A DNA stretch of 48,856 nucleotides from Christensenellaceae bacterium (GTDB taxonomy: Bacteria; Bacillota; Clostridia; Christensenellales; Borkfalkiaceae): NCBI GenBank assembly GCA_045656465.1, contig JAZORG010000097.1, positions 1 through 48,856 of the forward strand, in the 5' to 3' direction. A model generated the notes under the pieces. It made no database searches. It saw only the letters and a list, made by a program, of their open reading frames with translations, and was not told the origin of the DNA. Shown in pieces: positions 27,291 through 36,339 of the stretch (position 1 is its first letter; the number at the start of each line of letters is the position of its first letter). A program made the translations under genes and the position numbers.

Positions 27291-28439
27291 ATCTAGTTCT
27301 GCATTTCTAAAGTTATCGTATTTATCTAAAAGGTCTGCTGGAATACTTGGTACAATTTTTTTAAATGCCTGTTCAAACATATCACGAGATAAAGGAATAG
27401 GTGTTGTTGAACGTGCCTCTATAAGTCTTTCCATAGCAATTCTGCACGCCTCTTCAACAACAGCGCAAATGTCAGCAGAAGAGAAATACGAATCAGTAAT
27501 TTCCTGCCCACAAACAACTTTTTTAGTTGCTTGCTCGGACATTTCAAGCACGTCTTCAGACGTAATACCATTAAGCGGTATTCCCGATAGTTTACCTTCG
27601 ATAATTGCACGTTTTGCAACTAAATCTGGTGGAGTTACGTGTATCAAGTGAGAGAAACGTTTATATCTTAAATATGCCGAATCGATAAGGTCGGGACGGT
27701 TAGTTGCGCCTATCAAAATACGCTTTGACCCGTCAACACCAAATCCGTTAATTCTCTGTAATAGTTCAGTAGTAACAGCCGACTTATAATCTTTTGTATC
27801 CGAAGTACGTTTACTGAATATTGATTCGCATTCATCTACAAAAAGTATTGCGCCGTCAGGACAAGCGTCTAGCTCTTCGAAAATTTGTTTTACCGCCTGT
27901 TCACTTTCTCCCACGTATGACTTAAAAATATCTGCAGGAGTAACGATTAACAGAGGGAGTTTCATTTCGTTAGCAATAGCCTCTGCTATCATAGTTTTAC
28001 CTGTTCCAGGTGCGCCGTACATTAAAAGCCCTAGCCCACCCTTTATTTTATAGTATTTTAAAATATCGGGATTTTGAGCCATAAAAAGGAATGTATGAAC
28101 GAGTTTTTTAACGCTATCAAGTCCTTTTACGTCATTTAATGTGGTTTCAGGTATCCTTGTTTGAATAACCGAACCATAACGCTCTGCCTCTTTGCTTAAC
28201 TGCTCGTGGAATTTTTTATATTTTGCGCTCTCTTCCCTATCCGTACTACGGTCGGAAATCTTTTTCGCAACGTTTGAAGCGTGGAGATATTCTGTACGCA
28301 AAGAACGCTTTTCCTCTAAAGTTAATTGAGTTTTATCAGGTTTTGAGGATAGAATTTTTCTAATCTCACCAACAACTTGATTAAACTCTTTTAAAAGATC
28401 GTCAAGTTGAACGCTTCCATTGTTTGCTTGTTCGCTCAT
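27288..28439 (-). CDS. Classic-clade AAA ATPase (Vps4/katanin/spastin-like single AAA module with a helical N-terminal domain)
   Basis: Walker A GAPGTGKT (aa 142-149), Walker B ILFVDECE, pore-loop-1 KSYVGESE and second region of homology ATNRPDLIDSAYLRYKRF. The first 100 aa or so are helical. RBS is AAGGAGGA. Confidence 0.9.
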   Translation of the reverse strand: MSEQANNGSVQLDDLLKEFNQVVGEIRKILSSKPDKTQLTLEEKRSLRTEYLHASNVAKKISDRSTDREESAKYKKFHEQLSKEAERYGSVIQTRIPETTLNDVKGLDSVKKLVHTFLFMAQNPDILKYYKIKGGLGLLMYGAPGTGKTMIAEAIANEMKLPLLIVTPADIFKSYVGESEQAVKQIFEELDACPDGAILFVDECESIFSKRTSDTKDYKSAVTTELLQRINGFGVDGSKRILIGATNRPDLIDSAYLRYKRFSHLIHVTPPDLVAKRAIIEGKLSGIPLNGITSEDVLEMSEQATKKVVCGQEITDSYFSSADICAVVEEACRIAMERLIEARSTTPIPLSRDMFEQAFKKIVPSIPADLLDKYDNFRNAELD

Positions 28440-28449
28440 ATTATCCTCC

Positions 28450-29169
28450 TTACGAAACTATATCGTCAATTCCGCCTGATGCTGATGAAGATGGTGCAGA
28501 CGCACTCGGAGCATCACTTTCATCCGCTAAACCTTTTTTAACCTTTACTCCGTGAATAAAGGCTTTCATTCTTGCGCTCTTCTCCATTGGCTCTGCGCCA
28601 GAAGTTTGGGCGATTTTCTTCTTGCGTTGTTCGGCTTGCTTACCCATAACCTTTTTCATTTTCATACAAGCACTTTGCATTGCATCAGAAAGCCCCGTAA
28701 CCATTTTGTATTTATATACCATACTTTCAGCAAGTTCATACATTCTGCCCGTGTTATTACGGATAGCCTTTTTCATTAAACGACGGCTTTTCATTCTTGC
28801 AAACCAGCCGTGTTTTTGCGCAACGCTATCTTCAAAAAGAATTTTATCAAAATTTATAGCATCGTCGATAAATTTTATAGCGTCTGATAAACATTCCATA
28901 GCCGTACTAATGCTGTTTATGGTATGCATCATATCTTGAAGTTCCATTGCAACTTCTAAAAAAGTTTGCATTAAAATCGTCAAATGGTCCTCTGCGCCAC
29001 GTTCCTTTTCCATTCTGTCTGTAGCCAAAGCAAGTTCATCTAAACGTTGGTAAAAACGCTGTTCGTTTTGCTGTTTTTGGTACCTTTGACGGTCGATTGT
29101 TCTTTCCTGCTCTTCTTGCATAAAAGTGTTGTTTGGTTTAACAATTTCCATTTGCTGTTTCTGTGCCAT
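28450..29169 (-). CDS. Hypothetical all-helical protein (239 aa) with a Ser/Ala-rich linker and a C-terminal GGIDDIVS peptide
   Basis: ORF with RBS AAGGAGAA, 10-11 nt gaps to both neighbours. Q/E/K/M-rich helices. No family recognised. ESCRT-III/PspA-like size and charge polarity is only an impression. Confidence 0.7.
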   Translation of the reverse strand: MAQKQQMEIVKPNNTFMQEEQERTIDRQRYQKQQNEQRFYQRLDELALATDRMEKERGAEDHLTILMQTFLEVAMELQDMMHTINSISTAMECLSDAIKFIDDAINFDKILFEDSVAQKHGWFARMKSRRLMKKAIRNNTGRMYELAESMVYKYKMVTGLSDAMQSACMKMKKVMGKQAEQRKKKIAQTSGAEPMEKSARMKAFIHGVKVKKGLADESDAPSASAPSSSASGGIDDIVS

Positions 29170-29180
29170 AACTTTTCTCC

Positions 29181-30665
29181 TTAATTATCACTTATTATTC
29201 CGTCTATGCCGTTATCGTTAGTTTGCTGTTTATTTTCTTCAGTCGCTGCAGTATTTCCGAGTAATTGCTCCATATATTTTGCTTTCTTTTCGTCTCTAAT
29301 TTTGTTTGCTTGCGACTGCTTTTGATTTTCCACCCTTTCGTCCTCAAGATAACTCTGTTCAAACTGCTCTTCGATTTTTTCCATACTGTCGAGGAATGCA
29401 TTGAGTTTGTCTTGAATTCTTCTTTCCACTTTGAGGTTATAGAGGTTGAGTTCGATAACGTAAGCAATTTCTTCGTCGGTAGCCCTTCCCTGCATAACTC
29501 TTGTAACTTTATCGTAATCGATTGCGCCACCCAAAACACAAAGCATAATCGGGTCGTTTTTAAAGCCTAGAATAGTTTTATTTAAGTATTCGAGTTTCTT
29601 TATAACCTTACCATATGCACGTTTTGCTCTCTTTGATTTTTGTATCTGCGCCCTGTTAATTTCAAGTTCTTTATTTATATCGGTAATTTTATCGTCAATG
29701 TCAACGCAATCGTCATAACACTCGTCTTCGCTAATCTGTCCTTGCTTAAACTTTTCAACAGCCTGTTGTTTTTCTTCTTTAAGTGTTTTGATTTGAGCCT
29801 CTAAAGACGCTACCGTTGCTTCTTCCTCTTCCGTTCCGTATCTATCGTTTATGATTGAATTTTTATAGTCTTTTAGGTTCTCTACGAAAATGTTTACTTT
29901 GCCTAACACTTCGCTACTTTCTGCAATAAACTGGAAGTCGTCCTTTTCAAATTTTCTTATATTTTCTTCTTTTGCCTTGTTGCTCTTTTTGAACAATCCG
30001 CCCTTAACTACTGCGCTTTTTAACTGTTGCCATTGATTAGCAAGATTAATCGCTTCGTCAATATAACTATTGGTTGCACTACTGTGCATATGTATAGATA
30101 CTTCATTTCTCCAAAGCACTATTTTATTAATTATGTCGTTAGCATAAAAAGCCGCCTGAACACTAGAATCATCAACAACGTCGCCTAATATTTTATCGAG
30201 CTGTTCGAACTTATCTATGCCATCTTGCAAAATAGCGTTTCTGCTATTTGCCATATCTACCGTCTGCATTACAGACGCACCTTTAACGCAAGAAGACGTG
30301 TACTTTTTAACTTCACCTAAAATGCTCATTTGTTTATTCTCCTTTAATAATCCGTCGGTAAAACTGAGAGTTTTCCCCACCTCTTTTTTAATTTTTTCTA
30401 ATTTTTTATCGGCTTTTGGGTCACTCATAAAAACAGCCGTTTTACACAACTCTTCAATGCTTTCCTTTATATCCCCCGAAAAACCGTTATTGACACCGTA
30501 ACGGGTGTATGTTTCTATTTTTTCGACTATCTCTTCAGAAAGTTTTTGACACGCATCGCTAGCGTATCCTTCTTCCTTTATGTATTTAAATTTCTCCTCG
30601 CACTTAACACCATTAGCGGTTAAAATCTCTGTAATTTTTGCTGTTTTCACTTTAATTCTCCTCAC
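29181..30665 (-). CDS. Hypothetical coiled-coil protein (about 490 aa) with a C-terminal NGIDGIISDN peptide
   Basis: ORF track (GTG at 30665). A better-supported start is the GTG at 30650, preceded by GAGGAGAA plus 5 nt and lying 1 nt after the upstream stop. Long K/E-rich heptad regions. No family recognised. Confidence 0.7.
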   Translation of the reverse strand: MRRIKVKTAKITEILTANGVKCEEKFKYIKEEGYASDACQKLSEEIVEKIETYTRYGVNNGFSGDIKESIEELCKTAVFMSDPKADKKLEKIKKEVGKTLSFTDGLLKENKQMSILGEVKKYTSSCVKGASVMQTVDMANSRNAILQDGIDKFEQLDKILGDVVDDSSVQAAFYANDIINKIVLWRNEVSIHMHSSATNSYIDEAINLANQWQQLKSAVVKGGLFKKSNKAKEENIRKFEKDDFQFIAESSEVLGKVNIFVENLKDYKNSIINDRYGTEEEEATVASLEAQIKTLKEEKQQAVEKFKQGQISEDECYDDCVDIDDKITDINKELEINRAQIQKSKRAKRAYGKVIKKLEYLNKTILGFKNDPIMLCVLGGAIDYDKVTRVMQGRATDEEIAYVIELNLYNLKVERRIQDKLNAFLDSMEKIEEQFEQSYLEDERVENQKQSQANKIRDEKKAKYMEQLLGNTAATEENKQQTNDNGIDGIISDN

Positions 30666-31794
30666 AAATATAATCCATTAAACTGTCTATTGCGCCCTCG
30701 TAATTTTTGCCTTTAAGGAACATTATTATATCGTCGTCAAAGAAAGTATAATTTTCCGCTCCGCCATTTATAAGACGTTTAATTTGCTCAAAATGATTAT
30801 TTTCTAATAGTTTTTTTATTCTGCTCATCTGTCCGCCTGAAAGGAATGCGTGTTTTCCTCCGGTATTAAAAAAGTATAAATAATACTCTTTCGTATCCCC
30901 AACCTCTTCAAGATTGTTTAATGTGCTTTGGGCGTTACTCATCTTGGTAAAATATCCGTCAATTTCATCAACTCTGCCGTTTTTACTTTCTATATATCTT
31001 ACCTCAAGCCCTTTTTGAATTGTTCTAAAAATTATTTTTGCTTTTTCCTTATCGCCTGTAAACAACTCTTTTAATTTTTCGCCGTCAAGTTTGTATATAC
31101 CGAAAAGTGGCGCTCTCTTCTTTTTGTTTGATGAAGTTATAAAAAGTTTTCTCAATTGGTCTGCAGGGTTTTCTCCACTACCCGAAGATGCGGTATGGTC
31201 AATTTCCATTGCGCCGTATATTGAGGTTATCTTATCAATATTAAACTCTTTATTATATTTTTTGAAAGCACCCAACTCTCTACTACTTGTAACTACAATA
31301 TTATACAGTCTTTTTGCTGCCTGTCTTTTTAGGTCTGCAAATTCATCAGATGTAAAACCTATTATGCCCTCTGATTTTTCCACCGAGGTTGCCGTGCTAT
31401 AACAAAGTGATGCGTAATACTCGAAAGCAACCCTCTTTTTATCCGCTTCGGATAGACTTTCCTCAAAATAACTTTCGTAATATCCGCCCATCTTAAAGAT
31501 TGCAAGGGGATGCCCTAAATAAGCCGACTCTTTACATACCGAGATTGCACGCTTAAGTAGTAATTCGTTTTCTTTAATAAACTTGCCCGTTTGCCCTTTT
31601 TCTTTTTTAGCCATTGTTAAATATTTAAAGTAGTAAAGTTCAGAAAGATTAAACAGGTCGTTATTTTTTTCGGTAATCTTAAAATCACGTATTACAGATA
31701 ATTCTTCTTTACAAAACGGACAGGTTAAAACGCCGTTAAAAAGTTCTAGTGGCGTGGCAATATTTTTCCCACACGCAGGATTAACACATTTCAT
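30652..31794 (-). CDS. Hypothetical protein with an N-terminal zinc ribbon and a Sel1/TPR-like helical repeat segment (380 aa)
   Basis: C3-x4-C8 ... C25-x2-C28 (CVNPAC...CPFC). The segment AYLGHPLAIFKMGGYYESYF...AFEYYASLCY is Sel1-like. RBS is GAGGTGA. Confidence 0.7.
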   Translation of the reverse strand: MKCVNPACGKNIATPLELFNGVLTCPFCKEELSVIRDFKITEKNNDLFNLSELYYFKYLTMAKKEKGQTGKFIKENELLLKRAISVCKESAYLGHPLAIFKMGGYYESYFEESLSEADKKRVAFEYYASLCYSTATSVEKSEGIIGFTSDEFADLKRQAAKRLYNIVVTSSRELGAFKKYNKEFNIDKITSIYGAMEIDHTASSGSGENPADQLRKLFITSSNKKKRAPLFGIYKLDGEKLKELFTGDKEKAKIIFRTIQKGLEVRYIESKNGRVDEIDGYFTKMSNAQSTLNNLEEVGDTKEYYLYFFNTGGKHAFLSGGQMSRIKKLLENNHFEQIKRLINGGAENYTFFDDDIIMFLKGKNYEGAIDSLMDYICEEN

Positions 31795-31803
31795 ATCTCA
31801 CCT

Positions 31804-34701
31804 CTACTCCGTTTGTTGTTCAATTATTGTAAACGTTACCGTATCGTTTTCTAATAAATAATTATTTATATCAGATGAATTGGTTATTTTTGCCGTTGCA
31901 GTATGTTGCCCTGCCGTAATCTGCCCACCGAGAACGTGAATTGATAGTCCATTTTCATTAACAGTTGCGGTCGGAATGTGTTTTTGTCCGTCATAGGTAA
32001 ACTCGGTATTCGCCCAAACAACTGTTACACGCTTCTTCTCTATACCAAATTCACAAACAGTGTTTTCAAGCGTATAATTGTTTTTATCCATAGCATCAGT
32101 TAACCTTGCAATTGCTGTATAATTAGTACCAGCATTAATTGCTCCACCTGTAACTTGTAAGCCAAGTGATTGCCCTTTAACACCACTAACGGTGGCTTTA
32201 GGCGTTTGCTCACTTCCGTTATACACTAAAATATCTTGCGACCAAATAACGTTTATACTCTTTTTCTCTATGGTATATTCTTTCGTTTGATTTGTCAACG
32301 TGTAATTTGTATTATTAACGCTTGCAGATGCCGTGTGCGTTCCTGCATCCGTACCACCCATTACTTGAGTATAAATCCTACCATCAGTTCCAAGTCCTGC
32401 TATATATGCTTGAGGCGCTTGTTCATATCCATTGTATGTAAGCGTTTTAGAAGTATCCCAAATAACTTCCGCCTGATAAGGCGTAATTACAAATTGATTT
32501 GTTACATCGCTGAAATTATAGTTACCGTCATAAATTTTTGCTGTCAACGTATGCGTCCCCGCATTTTTAACTGACTTATCGAATTCGTCTATGGCTATTT
32601 TCCCTATTATAGGAGTGTTTCCGTCAAGTCCAACTACCCCCATATAATATGCGGTGGGATATTGAACTTGTCCATTATAAACCTTTTCGGTATCTTCCCA
32701 AGTAACAGTCATATCTGCTTTTTGTATGGTGTATGCAACCTGATCTTCACTCAATGTGTAAAGTTCACCCCATTGCTCGCCGAGTGATAATCTCAACAAA
32801 TAATCTCCTGCATCAATTAAATCGTTATGCAACTCTATCGGTGCGGAAATGCTTTTATCTAAAGTTACAACGTCAGAACCGACCATTCCCGAAACGGTTG
32901 CGCTCCAAATTTTGGGCGCACCAGTATAAACTGCATTTTCGGGTTTAATCCATTCTACTTTAAGTTGTTTTTTTGCAACGCTTAAATCATAAGATATAAA
33001 CGCCGTTTTTTCCAAAGAGGATTTATCTGTTTTTGCTGTAACCGCTAGTATGTAATTGCTAGAATCTTGCGGACGGATAAGGTTGTTTACGTAACATTCC
33101 TCTCCACCTAAAATCTCCTCCCCTCTTTTCCATTGATAACTAAACGTTACGCCATCTGCCGAATGTGTTGGTGGTGCAGACAGTTTCAATGTTATTTGGT
33201 CGCCATAAACCGCACCATCATTCCCCGTGTCTTCAAGCACAACGTTTTCAACAGTAGGCGCTTGCATATCCCATATAGGATATATAATAAGGTTTTCAAG
33301 TTTTAAGTTGTTAGAAAGTTTATCTAATGGATATTGTGTTGCTATATCTCCGTAAGTATAAGTCCACGAAAGATTAAAGCCATCTCTTTTGACAATACCA
33401 TTTTCCGCATCTAGTTTTGTCAAATCGTTAGCAGTTGAATTTATAACGTAACGATAACCTGTTCCAAACGGATTTTTTACGCTATCGCTAACAATATATT
33501 TAGTATCGTTACTGTCGCCTATACGAAGTTTATATATCTGTTCAAACGCAAGATTTAGTTTCTTTGTGTTTTGATTTACCGACAAACCATTTATTGAGGG
33601 TTTTATTAGCACGTAGCCGTTATCCGAATAGCTTTCAAAAAGTGCTCTTTCGCTAGACGTGTCCGAATACTTAACATAATCGTAACCATCAGAAAAATCT
33701 TCAATATTAAACACGTCGCCTTGAGCGCCGAACCAAGCGTGAATAGGTTTTCCCTCAATAAGTTCAAAACTTTCTTTTGAATAAGCAAAAGTAATGAATT
33801 TCCCACTCACGTTTTTAGGCTGAATTGCATTATAGAAGTTTAGATATTCTTGACTATAATCGTTGTCTTTTACAGTTTTTGTCGCTAAATCCTTAAACTC
33901 GTTAAACTGCGCATAATCGACGATTATTTCCGTTTTTACGTCAGAAGGCATTTTGTTATTAAAAGTTACCTGTGTTCCATCTTCAAATTCTACCGACCTA
34001 AGATTTTTATCCGTAAAAGCCTTATCTTCAATCTTTAGCACGGGTTTAGCGTTAAACTCTTTTGGAATAAAGGCCTTTTCCGCTTTGCCCGAAGCAAACT
34101 CTTTTACCGTATATGAATCGGTATCTTCGTCGTACAAATAAATTGCGGGACGATAACTTAACTGACCTTGCCCGAAAAGACCGTTTCCTATTACAAACAC
34201 GCCGTAATAAACGGCAGTGGCCGTTAACAAAAGAAACATAAGTAAGGTAAACGCTTTTGCCCCTTTACCTATTTTCACTCCTAATAGCGAGGAAAATAAA
34301 ATAAGAATAGAAACTAAAATACGAATTGCAAAAAACAATACTTTTGCATCTTTAGAAAAAACCTCGCTACCAACACTTGTAATAACGACAAACACCGCCG
34401 AAATAACAAGTGTAACTACAGCGTAAATTGCGGGGATTATTAAACTGTAAACATATCTAAAGTTTGATTTAGAAACGCTTACAACAAGCGTAAATGATAG
34501 TAATAGCAACATAAACGGTATAATCCATACAGGGAAACCGCTTATTTTTATTCCGCTTATAATACATAATGCAAACAACACCGCATCTAAAAACATTGCG
34601 CATACAGAACTTAATATAAGCCCTGCTTTGGTGCTTTTTATCCTACTTTTAGTGATGGCGCTACCGCCTGAATTAGAACGTATCATATTCGCACCTCTCA
34701 A
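31804..34701 (-). CDS. Polytopic membrane protein (5 N-terminal TM helices) with a large extracytoplasmic LRR-like/Ig-like/MBG-type repeat region
   Basis: Hydrophobic helices in aa 26-172. A BspA-type LRR-like segment lies around aa 200-250, and an Ig-like segment (VTFSYQWKRGEE) follows. There are about five C-terminal modules with Y(N/D/T)G..(Q/K).P signatures (VYNGQVQYP, TYNGYEQAP, VYNGSEQTP, TYDGQKHIP). The track start is TTG at 34701. The ATG at 34686 has a better RBS (GAGAGGTG). Confidence 0.8.
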   Translation of the reverse strand: MRGANMIRSNSGGSAITKSRIKSTKAGLILSSVCAMFLDAVLFALCIISGIKISGFPVWIIPFMLLLLSFTLVVSVSKSNFRYVYSLIIPAIYAVVTLVISAVFVVITSVGSEVFSKDAKVLFFAIRILVSILILFSSLLGVKIGKGAKAFTLLMFLLLTATAVYYGVFVIGNGLFGQGQLSYRPAIYLYDEDTDSYTVKEFASGKAEKAFIPKEFNAKPVLKIEDKAFTDKNLRSVEFEDGTQVTFNNKMPSDVKTEIIVDYAQFNEFKDLATKTVKDNDYSQEYLNFYNAIQPKNVSGKFITFAYSKESFELIEGKPIHAWFGAQGDVFNIEDFSDGYDYVKYSDTSSERALFESYSDNGYVLIKPSINGLSVNQNTKKLNLAFEQIYKLRIGDSNDTKYIVSDSVKNPFGTGYRYVINSTANDLTKLDAENGIVKRDGFNLSWTYTYGDIATQYPLDKLSNNLKLENLIIYPIWDMQAPTVENVVLEDTGNDGAVYGDQITLKLSAPPTHSADGVTFSYQWKRGEEILGGEECYVNNLIRPQDSSNYILAVTAKTDKSSLEKTAFISYDLSVAKKQLKVEWIKPENAVYTGAPKIWSATVSGMVGSDVVTLDKSISAPIELHNDLIDAGDYLLRLSLGEQWGELYTLSEDQVAYTIQKADMTVTWEDTEKVYNGQVQYPTAYYMGVVGLDGNTPIIGKIAIDEFDKSVKNAGTHTLTAKIYDGNYNFSDVTNQFVITPYQAEVIWDTSKTLTYNGYEQAPQAYIAGLGTDGRIYTQVMGGTDAGTHTASASVNNTNYTLTNQTKEYTIEKKSINVIWSQDILVYNGSEQTPKATVSGVKGQSLGLQVTGGAINAGTNYTAIARLTDAMDKNNYTLENTVCEFGIEKKRVTVVWANTEFTYDGQKHIPTATVNENGLSIHVLGGQITAGQHTATAKITNSSDINNYLLENDTVTFTIIEQQTE
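31816..32973 (-). repeat. About five diverged tandem repeats, each about 80 codons, encoding MBG/YxG-type beta modules inside the surface protein
   Basis: A recurrent protein pattern runs from aa 577 to 962: (V/I).W.....(T/V)Y(N/D/T)G..Q.P.A.V.G......(V/L).GG...AG.(H/Y)TA.A......NY.L.N....F.I. Confidence 0.6.
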
Positions 34702-36338
34702 TTAATCGCCGTCGGTTTCTTTAAGTAACCGTTTTCTTTTATATCGAGTTTATCGACAATGTATTTTTTGTTCCCCATAACGAATAATATAATTCCGTCA
34801 TCTTCAAAACAGTATTTTTTTGTAAACATATACTTTAAGCGTACACCCAACGATAGCATTTCTTTATAATCAGCATAACGCAATCTTGCTTCCGACTTAT
34901 CAAAATCGGCAGTATGCGCAAAACAGGTTGGGCAAAGTTTACTCTTAACCGCATCAGTCGAAAAGGTTCTTCCACAACAAGAACATTTAACTGTTGCAGA
35001 ATTCCCCTCATCATTTATTTTTTCAATCATATCACGTTTATCAAAAGCAAACACCAAAGATGGAGTGTATCTTCTCTCCCCGTCGTTTGTGGTATAAACC
35101 ACTTCGGGATAAGGGCAGTCTTTACATTTAATCATAACGTTTCCGTTCTGCTCTATCTTAAATGTGTTTTCTTCACAACGCCATACCGTACACCCGGAAT
35201 TACGTGGATTTTCACTGCAAGAAATTTTTATAAAGTGCTTACCGAAAGTGCTAAAATCTCTTATCTTTTCCACGTCGGATTTACTCAACCCCAAATCGCT
35301 TTGCTCTAAATCAATAACAACACTCTCTTTGCCATAAGAGGTGTTAAGCGTTATCACGTTATCCTCAATAAGCGGTTCTGAATTTCTACAATTTAAGCAA
35401 CTAACGGTTACCGTTTTGCTTGCGCCCTGCGTAACTTTAAGTGCAGGACGTGAATTAAATATAACGTTATATTCTGTTGAATAATATTTTAATTTGGTAA
35501 GATATAAAACGTTAACGTGTTGGCACTCTAATTCAATCGCCTCGTGCGATAATTTTTCAAGCATTCCGTTAACAACTTCTTCATCTCTAATATCGCCGAA
35601 AACAAGATACTCTGCAAAGTCGCCGTCGTTATTTCCCTCCAAAAGATTTTCAAGCGCAGAAAGAGAAACGTCAACAACGTTTCCGTCTATCTCCCCTAAA
35701 TCTTCTTCATTATCTTCTAACGCAACGTCTTTTAGTCCGCCGTCAATCTTCTTTGATACAGAACTTTTAATAGGCGTCATCTTCTTTCCGTCTTTAGAAA
35801 AATAAACCTTACCTATAACAGGTACGGATGCGCCCGTACCACCACTTAATTCAAGTCTAACGGTTACGCCGTAAATATCCTCTTCAACGTCATTTTCTTC
35901 CCTTAATTCAAAACGATCACTCATCTGTGGAAAGAACTTATCGGTTATTGCTTTCACTGCGCTGAAAACACTGTTTCTTTCCTCTTCTTTTTGAACCTTT
36001 GTTTTGGGTTTTTGAGTGTATTCTAATACAGAATACATCTTGTGATATTCACCCGTAACGTTTTCTATAAATTCCGAGAAAACCGCATTGTCGTTATCTA
36101 CGGTTTCCCCTCTAAACCCCTTAAACCAACTTGCGCCGTCCTCTCCAAAACCTTTGCGAACGGAAGACGCTTCGTTTCTTATACTTTCTTCATACACAAA
36201 ATTATGTATTCCATCTGTTATACCACCTATCGTACGCTTAATTTCAGAGTTGTTAAAACATCCTGCGTCTATGAGTGAACAAATACTTTCAAAGGCTTCT
36301 TTATATTCTTTGCCAACCGTAATTTTCTTCAGTTCCAT
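34698..36338 (-). CDS. Hypothetical protein with a Cys-rich (multi zinc-ribbon) C-terminal half (546 aa)
   Basis: CxxC pairs at aa 314/317, 405/408, 452/455 and 469/472, plus C374, C383 and C388. Acidic central region. The ATG lies 1 nt after the helicase stop, with RBS AAGGAG. No family recognised. Confidence 0.7.
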   Translation of the reverse strand: MELKKITVGKEYKEAFESICSLIDAGCFNNSEIKRTIGGITDGIHNFVYEESIRNEASSVRKGFGEDGASWFKGFRGETVDNDNAVFSEFIENVTGEYHKMYSVLEYTQKPKTKVQKEEERNSVFSAVKAITDKFFPQMSDRFELREENDVEEDIYGVTVRLELSGGTGASVPVIGKVYFSKDGKKMTPIKSSVSKKIDGGLKDVALEDNEEDLGEIDGNVVDVSLSALENLLEGNNDGDFAEYLVFGDIRDEEVVNGMLEKLSHEAIELECQHVNVLYLTKLKYYSTEYNVIFNSRPALKVTQGASKTVTVSCLNCRNSEPLIEDNVITLNTSYGKESVVIDLEQSDLGLSKSDVEKIRDFSTFGKHFIKISCSENPRNSGCTVWRCEENTFKIEQNGNVMIKCKDCPYPEVVYTTNDGERRYTPSLVFAFDKRDMIEKINDEGNSATVKCSCCGRTFSTDAVKSKLCPTCFAHTADFDKSEARLRYADYKEMLSLGVRLKYMFTKKYCFEDDGIILFVMGNKKYIVDKLDIKENGYLKKPTAIN

Positions 36339-36339
36339 A

